Program-made: the position numbers and the translations under genes
From: Candidatus Levyibacteriota bacterium
GTDB taxonomy: Bacteria; Patescibacteriota; Microgenomatia; Levybacterales; GWA1-39-11
Assembly: GCA_041910135.1 (NCBI GenBank)
Contig: JAYRRJ010000107.1
Span: 1 to 31,732 of the forward strand
Direction of reading: 5' to 3'
Length of the DNA: 31,732 nucleotides
The notes under the pieces: generated by a model
The model's input: the letters and a program-made list of their open reading frames with translations, nothing else
Database searches by the model: none
What the model was told of the DNA's origin: nothing
Shown here: positions 8,318-19,400 of the stretch, in pieces
Layout of the letters: every line of letters starts with the position of its first letter
Position numbering within the stretch: position 1 is the first letter of the stretch

Positions 8318-8551
8318 TTATTTTTCTTCGACGTTAATTTCTACTCTTTTGTTTTCTTTAATTGCCTGAATTTTTACGAGCTGCTTCATGGCGTTGATAA
8401 CTTTGCCGCCTTTACCGATAATTTTGCCGATTTCTTCCTGTGGAGCTTGTATGGTGAGAACTACATCACCCTCTTCGCTTTCACTTTCGCTGACCGTTAT
8501 CTCAGGATTCGAAAAAGTCTGATTTAGGATATATTCCAGAAGCTCGCGCAT
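8318..8551 (-). CDS. khpA: KH-domain RNA-binding protein (KhpA/YlqC family)
   Basis: IGKIIGKGGKVINAM GxxG KH motif, located between rpsP and trmD. Confidence 0.9.
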   Translation of the reverse strand: MRELLEYILNQTFSNPEITVSESESEEGDVVLTIQAPQEEIGKIIGKGGKVINAMKQLVKIQAIKENKRVEINVEEK

Positions 8552-8552
8552 A

Positions 8553-8819
8553 TTAGTTGGTTTTTGGTTGTTTCACTTTTTTGGGTCTAGTTACTCCTTC
8601 AATAGCGTCTTTTACCGCAGGCGTCATTTGAGCTCCCTTTGAAACCCAATACTTTATCTTGTCATTATCAAATTCCTTCGTAATGTTACTTGTCGTTTTT
8701 TCGTAAAAACCAAGAAGATCAACCGGTTTTCCGTCCCGTCTTGACCTTTTTTCTTTAACAACAAGCCTAAATTTGCGCTCTCCGCGTTTTCCAGTTCTTG
8801 TAAACCGTATAATAAGCAT
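8553..8819 (-). CDS. rpsP: 30S ribosomal protein S16
   Basis: MLIIRFTRTGKR, FRLVVKEKRSRRDGK, LGFY, WVSKGAQMT. Start ATG 8819 rather than the ORF-track TTG at 8855, which is the -35 box. Confidence 0.97.
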   Translation of the reverse strand: MLIIRFTRTGKRGERKFRLVVKEKRSRRDGKPVDLLGFYEKTTSNITKEFDNDKIKYWVSKGAQMTPAVKDAIEGVTRPKKVKQPKTN

Positions 8820-8826
8820 AGGGAAT

Positions 8827-8855
8827 ATTTTACCAAATATAGGCTCAACAGTCAA
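8827..8855 (-). promoter_or_regulatory. sigma70-type promoter of rpsP-khpA
   Basis: Minus strand TTGACT (8855-8850), 17 bp spacer, TG-n-TAAAAT (8832-8827), then 7 nt to the ATG. Confidence 0.8.
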
Positions 8856-8873
8856 CGGAGGTCTTGGATGAAA

Positions 8874-9419
8874 TTATTTGCCGATTTCGTCAAATGCCCT
8901 TTCCAGTTCATCGCCTGCAGAGATGATAGTTTCCGGTGAGCCGGCCGCTTCACTGCCTTCCAGCCCTTTTAGGACATATAGGATGTTCGAAGGATCGAGA
9001 AACGCCAATTTTGCTGCACCACCGGTCTCAACCATTAGAGCGTCAAGTATATCTGCACCTTTTTTAAGGGGTTTAACCTTTCCAAGCTCATTTGTTGTTG
9101 CCCCCATAATTCTCACGCAAGCGCCTTTCCCTTCTCCTTCGCGAGCTGCGATAAGCGGAAGAACAGCTTTTCTGAACGGATAATCAATGGCGGCAAGAGT
9201 TCCATGTTCCATCTCAAGGACCTGTTTGTACGGTTGCTTCAAATTTGTTGCCTTTTCGTATCCTTCTGTTGCCGTAACAACAATCCTATTCTGGGTTCCC
9301 GGAACAGCAATTGTCATTCCCACTAAGGCCTCAGCCAAGTCAGGGAACTGTTGGTCAAAAAATTGTTGTGTTCTTACTTCAGGGCTTAACAGTCCTGAGT
9401 TTCTTTCGTCGTTAGACAT
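8874..9419 (-). CDS. Divergent 3-methyladenine/methylpurine DNA glycosylase (MPG/AAG)-like protein
   Basis: FFDQQFPDLAEALVG resembles FF.R....VA..LLG. RIVVTATEGY resembles RIVETEAY, with catalytic Glu and Tyr kept. GEGKGACVRIMG resembles G..AVLIRA. Aligned by eye only. Confidence 0.6.
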   Translation of the reverse strand: MSNDERNSGLLSPEVRTQQFFDQQFPDLAEALVGMTIAVPGTQNRIVVTATEGYEKATNLKQPYKQVLEMEHGTLAAIDYPFRKAVLPLIAAREGEGKGACVRIMGATTNELGKVKPLKKGADILDALMVETGGAAKLAFLDPSNILYVLKGLEGSEAAGSPETIISAGDELERAFDEIGK

Positions 9420-9426
9420 AGCTTAT

Positions 9427-9454
9427 AGTATAGCACAACTTAGGTGGAAATCAA
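9427..9454 (-). promoter_or_regulatory. Extended -10 promoter of the MPG-like gene
   Basis: Minus strand TTGATT (9454-9449), 16 bp spacer, TGc-TATACT (9432-9427), then 7 nt to ATG 9419. Confidence 0.7.
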
Positions 9455-12400
9455 CTATTTCGCGTATCCATTGCCATTCAGCTGTGCTATCATCCGTGCA
9501 AGACGCGGAAAATTCTGTGTCTGCCAAGCAGACGATTCTGATGTAAGGTTGTTGTTGTCAACCACTTTTCGAAGTATTTCGCGTGCAGCCTCCGCGTCTC
9601 CGCCGGTGTACTGTTCAGATACTCTATCTATTATTGCCCTAAATCTTCGTGGGCTTGCTATCTCAACAAGTGCAAGGGCAGATTCAGTCCCCTCCGGATG
9701 GTACGGGCGATTACCATTGGCTTGATATTGTTGAGCATCTGTAGAAGGATTATCCTCGTTGGATGGGGATACATCGGTGCGAGGGTTGGTAAGGGTTATT
9801 TTCTCGGTGTCAGCTGTACTGACGTCCATAGTGATGGGATTGTATATTTCAAATTTTTTTGGCGAGAACACAGGGTAGTCAATTGCAATCTCCTGCTTCG
9901 TTCTTCTCTTGTCTTTGAATTTACTTATTCTTACGTTGTTGTCCGAAAGCAAAAGAAGAGAATTTGGGTCGGCAAGTTGTGGATTTGGTTGACCAACCTT
10001 GCGAAGAGTTATGACCCACCCTATTCTTCTTGGTGGTACCATATCGGTTGCAAAAGTCCTGCCTGACAACTCCTGAGTTACTTCAAACCCAAAGTGCTCT
10101 TCTAGCGCCTTGCAAAATATCCTGAATTCTTCGTATGGTTGTTGTCCGTTGGATTCGACCGTATTATCTTCAAACGCTCCCCTATGGAATGACAACGCGG
10201 CAGTTCCGTCCATCCGAAGTGCTCTATTTATCTCGGAAAGGACCCTAACACGCTCTGCCGGCTCCCCCGTTTCCTTATCTTGAATTGGTGAGGTGAGGTC
10301 GAGCATAAAAGAACAGTCTATTGAGTCGTAAGTTTCATCCAAAATGTTCACCTGGGAACCATCTAAGTCGGATAGGTTAGACAAGTCGGCTGCGCTTCCG
10401 ACCAGAGTTTGGCCTGGGAGGTTGAATGTGTCTTTTGCAAAATGCATAAGAGAACCAAGGATATCAACGTTATCAACAACCGTACCTGTACCTGCCTCCT
10501 GGAATTTCCTCGCAACAAGGCATGTCCCGGCACCAAGAGACAAAAGGCGCTGAGGGTTATTTTGGGACAAAATGTTTTTGGTAAGTTCTGCGTTGTGTCC
10601 AACCTGACGGAATTGATCTTTACCCTCATCATAATATGTTTGGACCCATTCCCCTTCCTGCCCAATGAGAGAATTAGCAAAATGAGAAGACCCTTTCCCT
10701 TGGGAATTAGAGAGTGCATTTCTGATGAATGTCTGCCCGGATACGCCTTCACGGAAAAGTATATTAATCGCGCTATTTGTTTCGTCAAAAAAGTTTTGGT
10801 CCTCGGCTGTCAATTCAATTCCGGCAAGAGCCATTTGCGTCAATAAAAATTTTCGGTACACTAAATCCTCAAAACCCTTATCGATGGTTCCCTCGGTCTC
10901 AAGAATCATATAGTCTGCCCGCTTTGCCTGTCCGGGCCGAACGAATCTACCGCACATTTGTTTGAAGTCGTCCCAGCCCCACGGCCAACCCAAAAATACA
11001 ATTGTTGCATGGTCGATGTTTTTATTCCGCTCAGTATCCTGAATTGCAAAATTCATACTTTCATATACGGATTTGAGTGTTGCAACAACAATGGCTGCTC
11101 TGCCACCTTCCTCTCTCCACTCGCGTGCAGCTTCGTCTCGTTTTGAAAACTTCTTCCTACCGTCAATATTAACAGTCATTTCGGGCGGGAGACCCTCAAA
11201 CCATTCGGTTCTTATGTATTCGTAAAGACTAAATGCGTTGTCTGCAAGGTCAGAATCCTTAATATGGTCATCCTCGAGCCATCGTGTAAATCCTTTCTTA
11301 AGAAATGGAGAAACAATAAACACCTTTTCGCTCGGGATTATTTGACCTTCCGAATTCTTTGCAAATTTTTCTTGCAGCATTGTCCGAAGGTAATCGTATT
11401 TTGCTGAAACACTGGTTTGTTTAACCCAGTCTTGTGCAATATAAGACTTTGACTCGGCCAATGTGTCAATGCCACTGACAAGATTTTTATCAAAGAAGCA
11501 TTGAACGACAAAGTCTTCATGTCCATGTTTGGCAAGCCAGTCGGCAGAAAACGGCTCTCTCAATTGGTCTTCTGTTCTGTCCCACCATGTCAAATATTCA
11601 TCATACACCTCGTCCAATAATTGCACTTGCTGTTCACGTGGCATAGCTTCCGGCGCGAGTTCGTATTTATAAAAATGTTCTTTTATCAGTTCGGGGTTGA
11701 GAAGAACACTACTTAAAAGCTGGATTTTTGTCATTGCTTCGGCTTTCGAATTATCTTTTACCCATTCATAAATAGCTCGTTGGGATGGTGAAAGTTTGAG
11801 GCCTACAATCTCCGGATCAATTTCCTGAACATCCTTAAACATGTCCTTTTGCGTCCACTGAAGCATCAGTTGTTCTCCAAAAAGTATCGAGTATGCAATT
11901 CGTGGATTGTTAAGAACGGTTTTGCTGAAAGATGTTCTTCCATTCTGTGGCTCATCGGGAAAAGAGAATTTCTCAGGATACAGTATGCCCATCGTCGTAT
12001 CAAGATCAGCAAGAGACGTTGCTATTGGAGTTGCAGTTAAAGCTACTATTGGAATTTTATTTCCTCGAGCCTGTTCGCTCCCATCGCGTACTCTTCTCAC
12101 AATTTCAAGAAGTGTTTTACTTCTGCTTGCTCCTTTATTTCGGAATTCATCCGATTCATCGAGAATGATGCCATCAGTGCCTCTTGTAGTAACGAGTGTA
12201 TCAACGAGTTTTTCCATGAGTTCCGGCCGTTTCCATGCAGTTGAAAGTAATTGCCCGCTTACATAGACATAATCGGCTTGAGCAATTTCCTCGCTATCCA
12301 ATTGACTTGCCGAGCTTACTGTGTATACTTTGACGTTTTCCTCAGGCTTGAATCGTAGTTTTGCCTCATTTGGCCAAGTGTTTCTAGCCATTGCCGGTCC

Positions 12401-13420
12401 GAAGACTGTTGTTTTTTTGGCACCCTCCGCCTCCATTGCAAGATAAGCGCATGATGTTTTTGTCGCTCCAGTGTCTCCATTCAGAAGTTTACGTTTTGTC
12501 TTTAAGAATTCGTGGAGTGTTACTTTTTGCCTGAAATTTGGAAACGGCTGTGGTTCGCCATTGCCTCCGAGAACTTCGTTCCCATCCGCATCCGTTATGG
12601 TTGTACGAAATCTTTCAGGAACTGTAATCGATGAGATTTCTCTAAATTCTTTTAGGATATCTTCAAAAAGTTGCCTTCTTACCCCCGGTTCTTGTTCAAA
12701 AATACTTTCTTCCAATTTCTTGAATCCTTCGGCCTCATCACCAATGAAAAATCTCATCGCTTCGTTAACGATGTAATTCCGAACAATCCCGTATGTTGCA
12801 GAATTTGGGTCGTCAAAAATCTGTTCGGGCAACATTTGCAAAACCTTTCCGACTTCAGCACCCTGTCCCTGAGGCCGTCTATATCTGATGTCTCCGAGGT
12901 ACGGTCGAAGTAAAGATTTTGTGGTGTACTTCCGAAGCTCTTCAAGTTTTTCTTTATCTCCCACCGATTCAAACATGAACGCGCTAGTAATAGCTCCCAT
13001 AACATGAATAGGAAGCATTCCCTGCAGCTCATGTAAGACATCGTGTTGTTCAATGAACGTGTTTACACCCTCCTGTAATGCTTGTGCGTCTTTTGAGCGT
13101 GTATCGAGGGTTGAGCCACTTCGTATCAACGCAAGAGACTTTAATTCTTGTTCCATGTCGGTCAATTCCGGAGTCAGCTGAATTCCTTTAGGAAGAAAAT
13201 CGGTAACGAGCCGTACCGGATTTGAATATTGTCCGCTGTTGATTAGCGCACGAGCTATTTGGCTTTTTTTACCATAATTTACTCGATGATCTCTGTAGGC
13301 CTGCTCAAAGGTAATTCCTCTGTGATCCTCAGGCTTCCATGCCAAAAATGTACTTGCAATCGCCTGTTCGGTCACATTGGTTGCTTGATTTTCTACAGGT
13401 CTGTCAATAATTTCTGTCAT
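9455..13420 (-). CDS. SNF2/SWI2-type SF2 ATPase fused to a C-terminal class I SAM-dependent methyltransferase (1321 aa)
   Basis: Helicase motifs I LLNGDTGATKT, Ia VFGPAMARNTW, II IILDESDEFRN, III LTATPI, IV KVFIVSPF, IDG...KR, V VATLKSVYESMNF, VI WDDFKQMCGRFVRPGQ. Methyltransferase motifs LLSLGAGT, VDNVDI, GSAADL, ETYDSIDCSFMLD, LSEINRALRMDG. Confidence 0.85.
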   Translation of the reverse strand: MTEIIDRPVENQATNVTEQAIASTFLAWKPEDHRGITFEQAYRDHRVNYGKKSQIARALINSGQYSNPVRLVTDFLPKGIQLTPELTDMEQELKSLALIRSGSTLDTRSKDAQALQEGVNTFIEQHDVLHELQGMLPIHVMGAITSAFMFESVGDKEKLEELRKYTTKSLLRPYLGDIRYRRPQGQGAEVGKVLQMLPEQIFDDPNSATYGIVRNYIVNEAMRFFIGDEAEGFKKLEESIFEQEPGVRRQLFEDILKEFREISSITVPERFRTTITDADGNEVLGGNGEPQPFPNFRQKVTLHEFLKTKRKLLNGDTGATKTSCAYLAMEAEGAKKTTVFGPAMARNTWPNEAKLRFKPEENVKVYTVSSASQLDSEEIAQADYVYVSGQLLSTAWKRPELMEKLVDTLVTTRGTDGIILDESDEFRNKGASRSKTLLEIVRRVRDGSEQARGNKIPIVALTATPIATSLADLDTTMGILYPEKFSFPDEPQNGRTSFSKTVLNNPRIAYSILFGEQLMLQWTQKDMFKDVQEIDPEIVGLKLSPSQRAIYEWVKDNSKAEAMTKIQLLSSVLLNPELIKEHFYKYELAPEAMPREQQVQLLDEVYDEYLTWWDRTEDQLREPFSADWLAKHGHEDFVVQCFFDKNLVSGIDTLAESKSYIAQDWVKQTSVSAKYDYLRTMLQEKFAKNSEGQIIPSEKVFIVSPFLKKGFTRWLEDDHIKDSDLADNAFSLYEYIRTEWFEGLPPEMTVNIDGRKKFSKRDEAAREWREEGGRAAIVVATLKSVYESMNFAIQDTERNKNIDHATIVFLGWPWGWDDFKQMCGRFVRPGQAKRADYMILETEGTIDKGFEDLVYRKFLLTQMALAGIELTAEDQNFFDETNSAINILFREGVSGQTFIRNALSNSQGKGSSHFANSLIGQEGEWVQTYYDEGKDQFRQVGHNAELTKNILSQNNPQRLLSLGAGTCLVARKFQEAGTGTVVDNVDILGSLMHFAKDTFNLPGQTLVGSAADLSNLSDLDGSQVNILDETYDSIDCSFMLDLTSPIQDKETGEPAERVRVLSEINRALRMDGTAALSFHRGAFEDNTVESNGQQPYEEFRIFCKALEEHFGFEVTQELSGRTFATDMVPPRRIGWVITLRKVGQPNPQLADPNSLLLLSDNNVRISKFKDKRRTKQEIAIDYPVFSPKKFEIYNPITMDVSTADTEKITLTNPRTDVSPSNEDNPSTDAQQYQANGNRPYHPEGTESALALVEIASPRRFRAIIDRVSEQYTGGDAEAAREILRKVVDNNNLTSESSAWQTQNFPRLARMIAQLNGNGYAK

Positions 13421-16400
13421 AGTTCTATTGTATTGGATTTTGCAAGCTCTTGTAATAGCAGGTCAAATACCAGTTCCAACTCCTTTCCGGCTTCCCCGGG
13501 TTTAAACCTTTTCCTTGGAGTGCGCTCAGTTGTTTGTGCTGTTTTTTGCTCCGCTATCGGGTTGTCGGCAAGATTTGCAAGACAGTTAAAAAACGACTCT
13601 TCCCTCAATTGCTTATATTCTTCCCAATATCTGCCAAAAGCGGCAGCGTCAACTACCTTTCGAGGTTCAAGAGCACCGAGGTACCACTGAATGAGATTAA
13701 GATTTAAAAAATTAAGACCATCTCTGAATTTTTCCCGGTCAAGTCCGGGAATTTCAATTGTGCCGTCGGAATTGATAAATCCTTCGATGGTAGGATTGGG
13801 ATTGTTAAGTGAGAAATACAGTCTATTGTCTGAAAGATAGGGAGAATGTCGGACCCACAACTGCGTATCCTTGAAAGGGTCATTTTCCATTCCGGTTGAA
13901 AGATTGAAGCTAAGAATTGACCCTTTTGTAATACCCGATGAAGTGCGGAAAGCGGGAGGAACAAATGACCACGCTTTTTGCCTGTGAGTCGCAACGAATT
14001 GCTCGTAGTCCATTCTTTTTTCAGGAATCGTTCTTATGTCTTTCAGAGCAATAAATTCTCCTGTGTCTTGCCGGTAGAGAAGTTTTGGATTTTGACGAGC
14101 CAATGTCCCTTCTTCACTTATCAGCTTTGCTGCTGCTTTTTCATCTTCATATTTGTTTATCAAAGGTTGGTTTCTTACTGTAAGAGAAGTTATAGAGCGT
14201 TTAAGTGTGTCCGGTTCTGCCATGAGATGATTGCTTGCAAGCATCCTCCAGTAGGCAGAAACCACAAATTCTTCATCCAATGCCGTAGCATTAGGAAATA
14301 AGTCCCTGTCGATATCTTTATATTCAATTCTTCCCTCCGTTGTTAATGTTGCTTGTGGTTCTTCTCCTCTGTCGGGGTCTTTTCTAACAAAAAGTATTTG
14401 GTCGTCGTCAAACTTTTTGAAAAAAGTGAAAGAAATTTTTTCATTTTCTATATCCGGTAAGAATTCCGTATTTTGAGCGTAATCAAACGAGTATTCTTTG
14501 CCCTCCTCCATCCATCGTCCCCTTCGGAGCCGTGGGGGTATTTCGGTCCATACGCGTCTTCTAAGGATGCTCATATAGTCATCGACAAAATGTTTTAGGG
14601 TTTCTTCCGATGCACTTGCCTCTACTTCTTTGAGCCTGGTAATGAGCACTTTCCTTTTTTCTTCCTCCGAAATATTTTCATTCTTAACCTCGGGTAATGT
14701 TACGGTTTTTTCTAAAAGCAAATCCAGCTCACGCCTTTTTTCTTGAAGTTGTTCCGGAAGAATTGAACTGTCGAATCTCCTTCTTGCTATCATTACGTCA
14801 ACAAATAGAGAAAATCCTTGATACTTTGCAACTTTACTTCCGGGAGTATCAAATAGCCCCTTTCCAAATTCCACTTCTCCATTTGGGTTCTGCCAAAAGA
14901 CAACATTGTCTAACAAATCAGCTCCTTTACTAAATCCGAAGAAAAATCCGCGAGTATTTTGACTGTCGTGCGAAAGGGCAAACGAGTCGTAAGGAGCAAT
15001 AAAAGTACTAAGCGCAGGTTTTGTGACAGGAACAACAAGGACGTTATCCAGGTCTGAGATGTCGGGGTTGTCTTTTACCTCCTGAGGTATAATGTTCCAT
15101 AGCTCGGTTCTCACCTCATCGGAAAGGTTGGCAATTCTTGCTTTGTCTTCAGGACTCAGTCTATCTATAAAAGAGTCGAACCTCTCATTTACCTCTTTTA
15201 GATTCTGTTCATAAGCGTCGGGTGTATCGGTAGTAAATCCTGATTCGAATTCCTCTATCTCTTTATCAAGCTCGGGAATAGGCTGCAGGCGTTTCGAGTC
15301 AACGAGCGTTTTGTAATAAGCTTGATATATTGCCCTTTTAAAGATTGCCTCCTCTTTCGTATTGTTAATTTCAACAGAGGGATAAATGATACTTCCATCC
15401 GGCCTAAGCATAAAAAGACTATTTCCATCAAAATGCCCGTTCTTAAATACAATGGTTGCAGTGAGTGCGTCGGAAATATTGTTAAGATCGAAATTCTGAA
15501 GGTGATAGAAAGACACGCCCCTCATGTCGATATTTTGAGATACCGAAGTATTGCTAAAAGAAGATTCATAAGATCTCTTTTCCCCCTGTATCCAATTCGG
15601 CATTTTCAGATGGGAGGGAATATTTTGCCAAAGCTTTTCCGAAAGCTCTGCGCTTTTTGCAACAAAGTCAGGATAGTTTGCCCCCAGCTTGTTTTCCATG
15701 AATTGAGAATATGCTTTAAGTTCCTCAAGTCCCTCTTCACCTTTTTCTCCAAGCGACACAGCTTCTTCTAGGGTTCTATATTCTGTCGGTTTACTTCCTT
15801 GTTCGGAAATTGGCGATGTTGGTTTCTTTTGATTTAGTCTTGAAAGGACATTTGTGAGCTGATTCAGGCTTCTATTAAGAGAGTCATTATAAATGACAAA
15901 ATTATTTTCATTGAGCACCCTAAAGTACGATTCGATGACGCCGGACTGCAAAATCTCGATATCATCTCCAAATTTTGCAAGATCAACGCCGGGAATGTCA
16001 ATTGTATTGTCTTTGTTGATGTATAATTCCAGATTTCCATCTCCCAATTCGGTTCTTGCAAGAATTCTGTCCGAGTCGGGATCTTTTGAAAACGTCATAT
16101 TTCTTACATCCATGAGCCTTGCACCGGGATGAAGTTGTCCTTCTTCCCATTCTTTTGAGGCATAAGTAGCTCCTTCAGGCATCCATTTACCTGTCTTGTA
16201 TCGTTCCGGTGTATTTATCCAGAATCGTCTCCGGATTTTATTGAGTTCGGGAATGACCTGGCCAAATAGCTCTTCCCCCATATCCCCTTTCGTTCTTGCA
16301 ATAAGAGCAGTGATAATGTCTTCAGTATTCGTATTTTCATTGTGTTTCGTTTCGTCGGTTGGTTGTTCCGGCTCAACCTGTCTATTGGCCATAAGTTCTT

Positions 16401-19400
16401 TGTATTCTTTTTCAAAAACGTCCATTACATCAATGAGTTTTTTTGAAGGCCTTAAAATTTTTCTTTCTCGCAGAAGCGAGACATAACCAATAATAACCTG
16501 GGCATTGAGACCATCAAAGGTTCCAACGTATTTGGACGGATCAATATCGGGAATGAAAATCGAACCGTTTGAGCGAACCAAGCCTTCAATTTGAAGGGGT
16601 TCTCCTTGCAGGGTGGTTGATTTGAATGTAAAGGAAATGTCGTTTGAGTCACTTGGTTTCTTAAATTCAACTCGATTTTTAGTATCATTTATTCCTGTGC
16701 TATATATTCCAGACCCCCTTTCGGGAAGCCATCTTCCTGACTTTTGTGCTTGCGGAATGATATCCCAAAGTGCACGGTAATATTTTTTGTGAATGCGGGC
16801 GTATTCTTCACCAAATTCTTTTGAAAGACCTTCTCTTCCGTCTCCACCGCTCAAAAAGTAAATGGCGTTTTCCTGATTTGTTGTAAGTTGCGGCGTTGAA
16901 ACGGTTTCATTATTTGCAATATCCGATGACACCGCAAATTCCTGCGAACTTATTGTTTCACCCACACTTACTCCATCGTCCCTTGGATGCTCGTCTCCGT
17001 CTTGTGGCAAGCTCTCCAGATAACTGCGGAATGTATCATCGCTCCCACTTATCTCGTAGAACTTTTCGATTACATCATGGTAATCTCTTTTGAGCCTACC
17101 GAGGGTTTTAGCAGTGGAATCCGGCATTCTTGCAAGCCCTTGCTCTTCAAGCATCAGCTGGTAGGCCTCAATTGCGGAGGATTCTTCCAGAGTAAATGCA
17201 TGGGGGAATTTTTCCCTATCAAACCCTTCGGCAACTACAGTGCCATCAGCTTTTAGCCTAATTCTTGGTTCTGTTCCTTTATTGGCATCGGTTTTGACAT
17301 ATATTATGTCGTTTGTATCGGGATCTTTTATGAACATGTAGCTAAAATCAAGATTGCGTTCCTCTTTTAGGTGTGCGGTATATGAAGTTGAAGGATATAC
17401 TTTTCCCTCTTCCATCCATTTTCCCGACTTAAATCTCTGAGGTAAGTCTGACCACATGCGAGTCTTATAGCGGGAAGTATATTCTTTGAAGCGCTGCATC
17501 TGAGGGTCGGATAACACGAATTGTTCATATCCGAATCTCATTGCAAGTCTTTTGGTGTCCTCTCCTTCTTTAAGGTCTTCTCTTACCATCTCTTCAAAAT
17601 CATCAAAGGCGCCTTGTGGAACAACGTCTTTCTTTTCATTTTTTATTCTCAGTGGCTCGATAAGGTACCCTTCAGTAACGGGAGTATCTTTCGGAACGAT
17701 TTCGGTTTCTTGCAGTATTTGAACATATTTTTCAATGATAAATCCTTCGAAGAACTTTTTTAAAACAGGATACTTCTCCAAATCCAGATCAAAGTCCAGT
17801 AGGTCTCCATTTTTTGATATTTGGCCACCGATGTTAGCAGAAGACGGAATGTCTGTCGTGATACGAAACGATAAGTTGCCTGAATCCTGATCTTTGAGAA
17901 AAGAGATTTGATGTGCTCCGTCCAACTCTTCAAAAGAGGCGCTCACAAAAGGATTTTCATCAAAAAGTTTTGTTATCGCTTCATGACTATCAGGCACAAG
18001 ATCTCTTATCTCATCAATTCTTTGTGTAAATCCCACAAGTCCTTGAGAGTACTTTTGCCCGCCATCTTCAAATTCTGAAAAGCCGGTTTCAGATGTAAGT
18101 GCGTATATTGAAGGAAAGCTATTATTAAAAAGGCTGAATGCCAATTGTTCCTTGTTGTTTTTTATCCTGTATCCTTGGGTTTTTTGTATCTGATGTTGAG
18201 CCACTTCCGACCGTATATTTCTCTGCCCAATAAGGGTCGTGAGATATGCACCCAATACGTTATCTGCAACAAAATTATAGAGGAACGGATTATCGGACTC
18301 CGAAATATCAACTAATGACTGATCTTCCGGTTTTCCAACCGTTATTTTGCCGTTTTTAAAATTGTAAAGACCCCATAGTGGTATATTTTTGTCACCCATC
18401 CCAAGGATAAATGTACCGGCACCATTTGCGAGCATATCGGAACCCGGATATGAAACAACCCCGACTTCCTGAAGTCCTAATTGCCAATTGAGTGTGTTAA
18501 CATCCATCCTAACTGTATGCCCGGGGTCACCCTGCCATTTTGCATTCTGGAAATTAGTTGGAATAAGATTTGTATATGTTTTTCTAAAAGCACCTGCAGT
18601 TGCTAGTAGCCTTTTTCTTTCAACAGGAAGAATGCTTGCAATTTCTTCGAGTTTTTTATCAATTGAAAAGAGTTTTGCAATTGCCTCGTTTTCAGAATTT
18701 TCTTGCTTTTCTCTATCTATGGACCCAACGGTAGTTGCGGGTTCTGAGCTTATTGGATTTTTTGAGCTACTGTCTTTAATTTTATCCCGAGTACTCCTCT
18801 CAGGCCCTAAAAGTAAATTCATTATCTCTCTATTTTCAATGACTATTCTTCTAAACTTGTCTTGATGCGTAGCTATATTAGGATTACTTGCGATAAGACT
18901 TGCATAGGCAACGATAGCCTCTGCTTTGAGTAGTTTTGCAATTTCAGGATAAGTTTCGGTTGGAAAATCCGGAATTGATACGTCTCCCTCAGGGGAAATA
19001 TCAAATCGTACATAACTGGTTGGAGCGACAATATAAGCGCTAAAGACCTTGTTTTCGGGATTATCTGTGTCTCTTACAAATATGGATTTTTCCCCGCCGA
19101 AAAAATCAACGTGCCTGCCATAGACAACTACAGCCGGATTTTTCTCTAATGTTTGAAACCAATCAAGATTTCGGAGATTATTAGGAGTTGCTTGCCATAA
19201 TTTTCCTGCAAGCTGCTCGATTTCCTCCAATTTTTGGTATACATGTTCTTTTGTCCCATTTTCAACCAGGTGACTCTCGATAAAAGTTGCCAATGCATCG
19301 CCTGTTAAATATTCTTTTGAGGAGAGTTCATCTAATACTTCTCCAAGGAATGGATCTTTGTCTCCAACATCAACACCAACCGGTCTTTCGCCAGTATTAT

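Noticed and set aside
9455-10560. Classical DNA adenine or cytosine methyltransferase of a restriction-modification system
   Set aside because: No (N/D)PP(Y/F) or PC motif, and no PD-(D/E)xK or HNH nuclease was recognised in the block.
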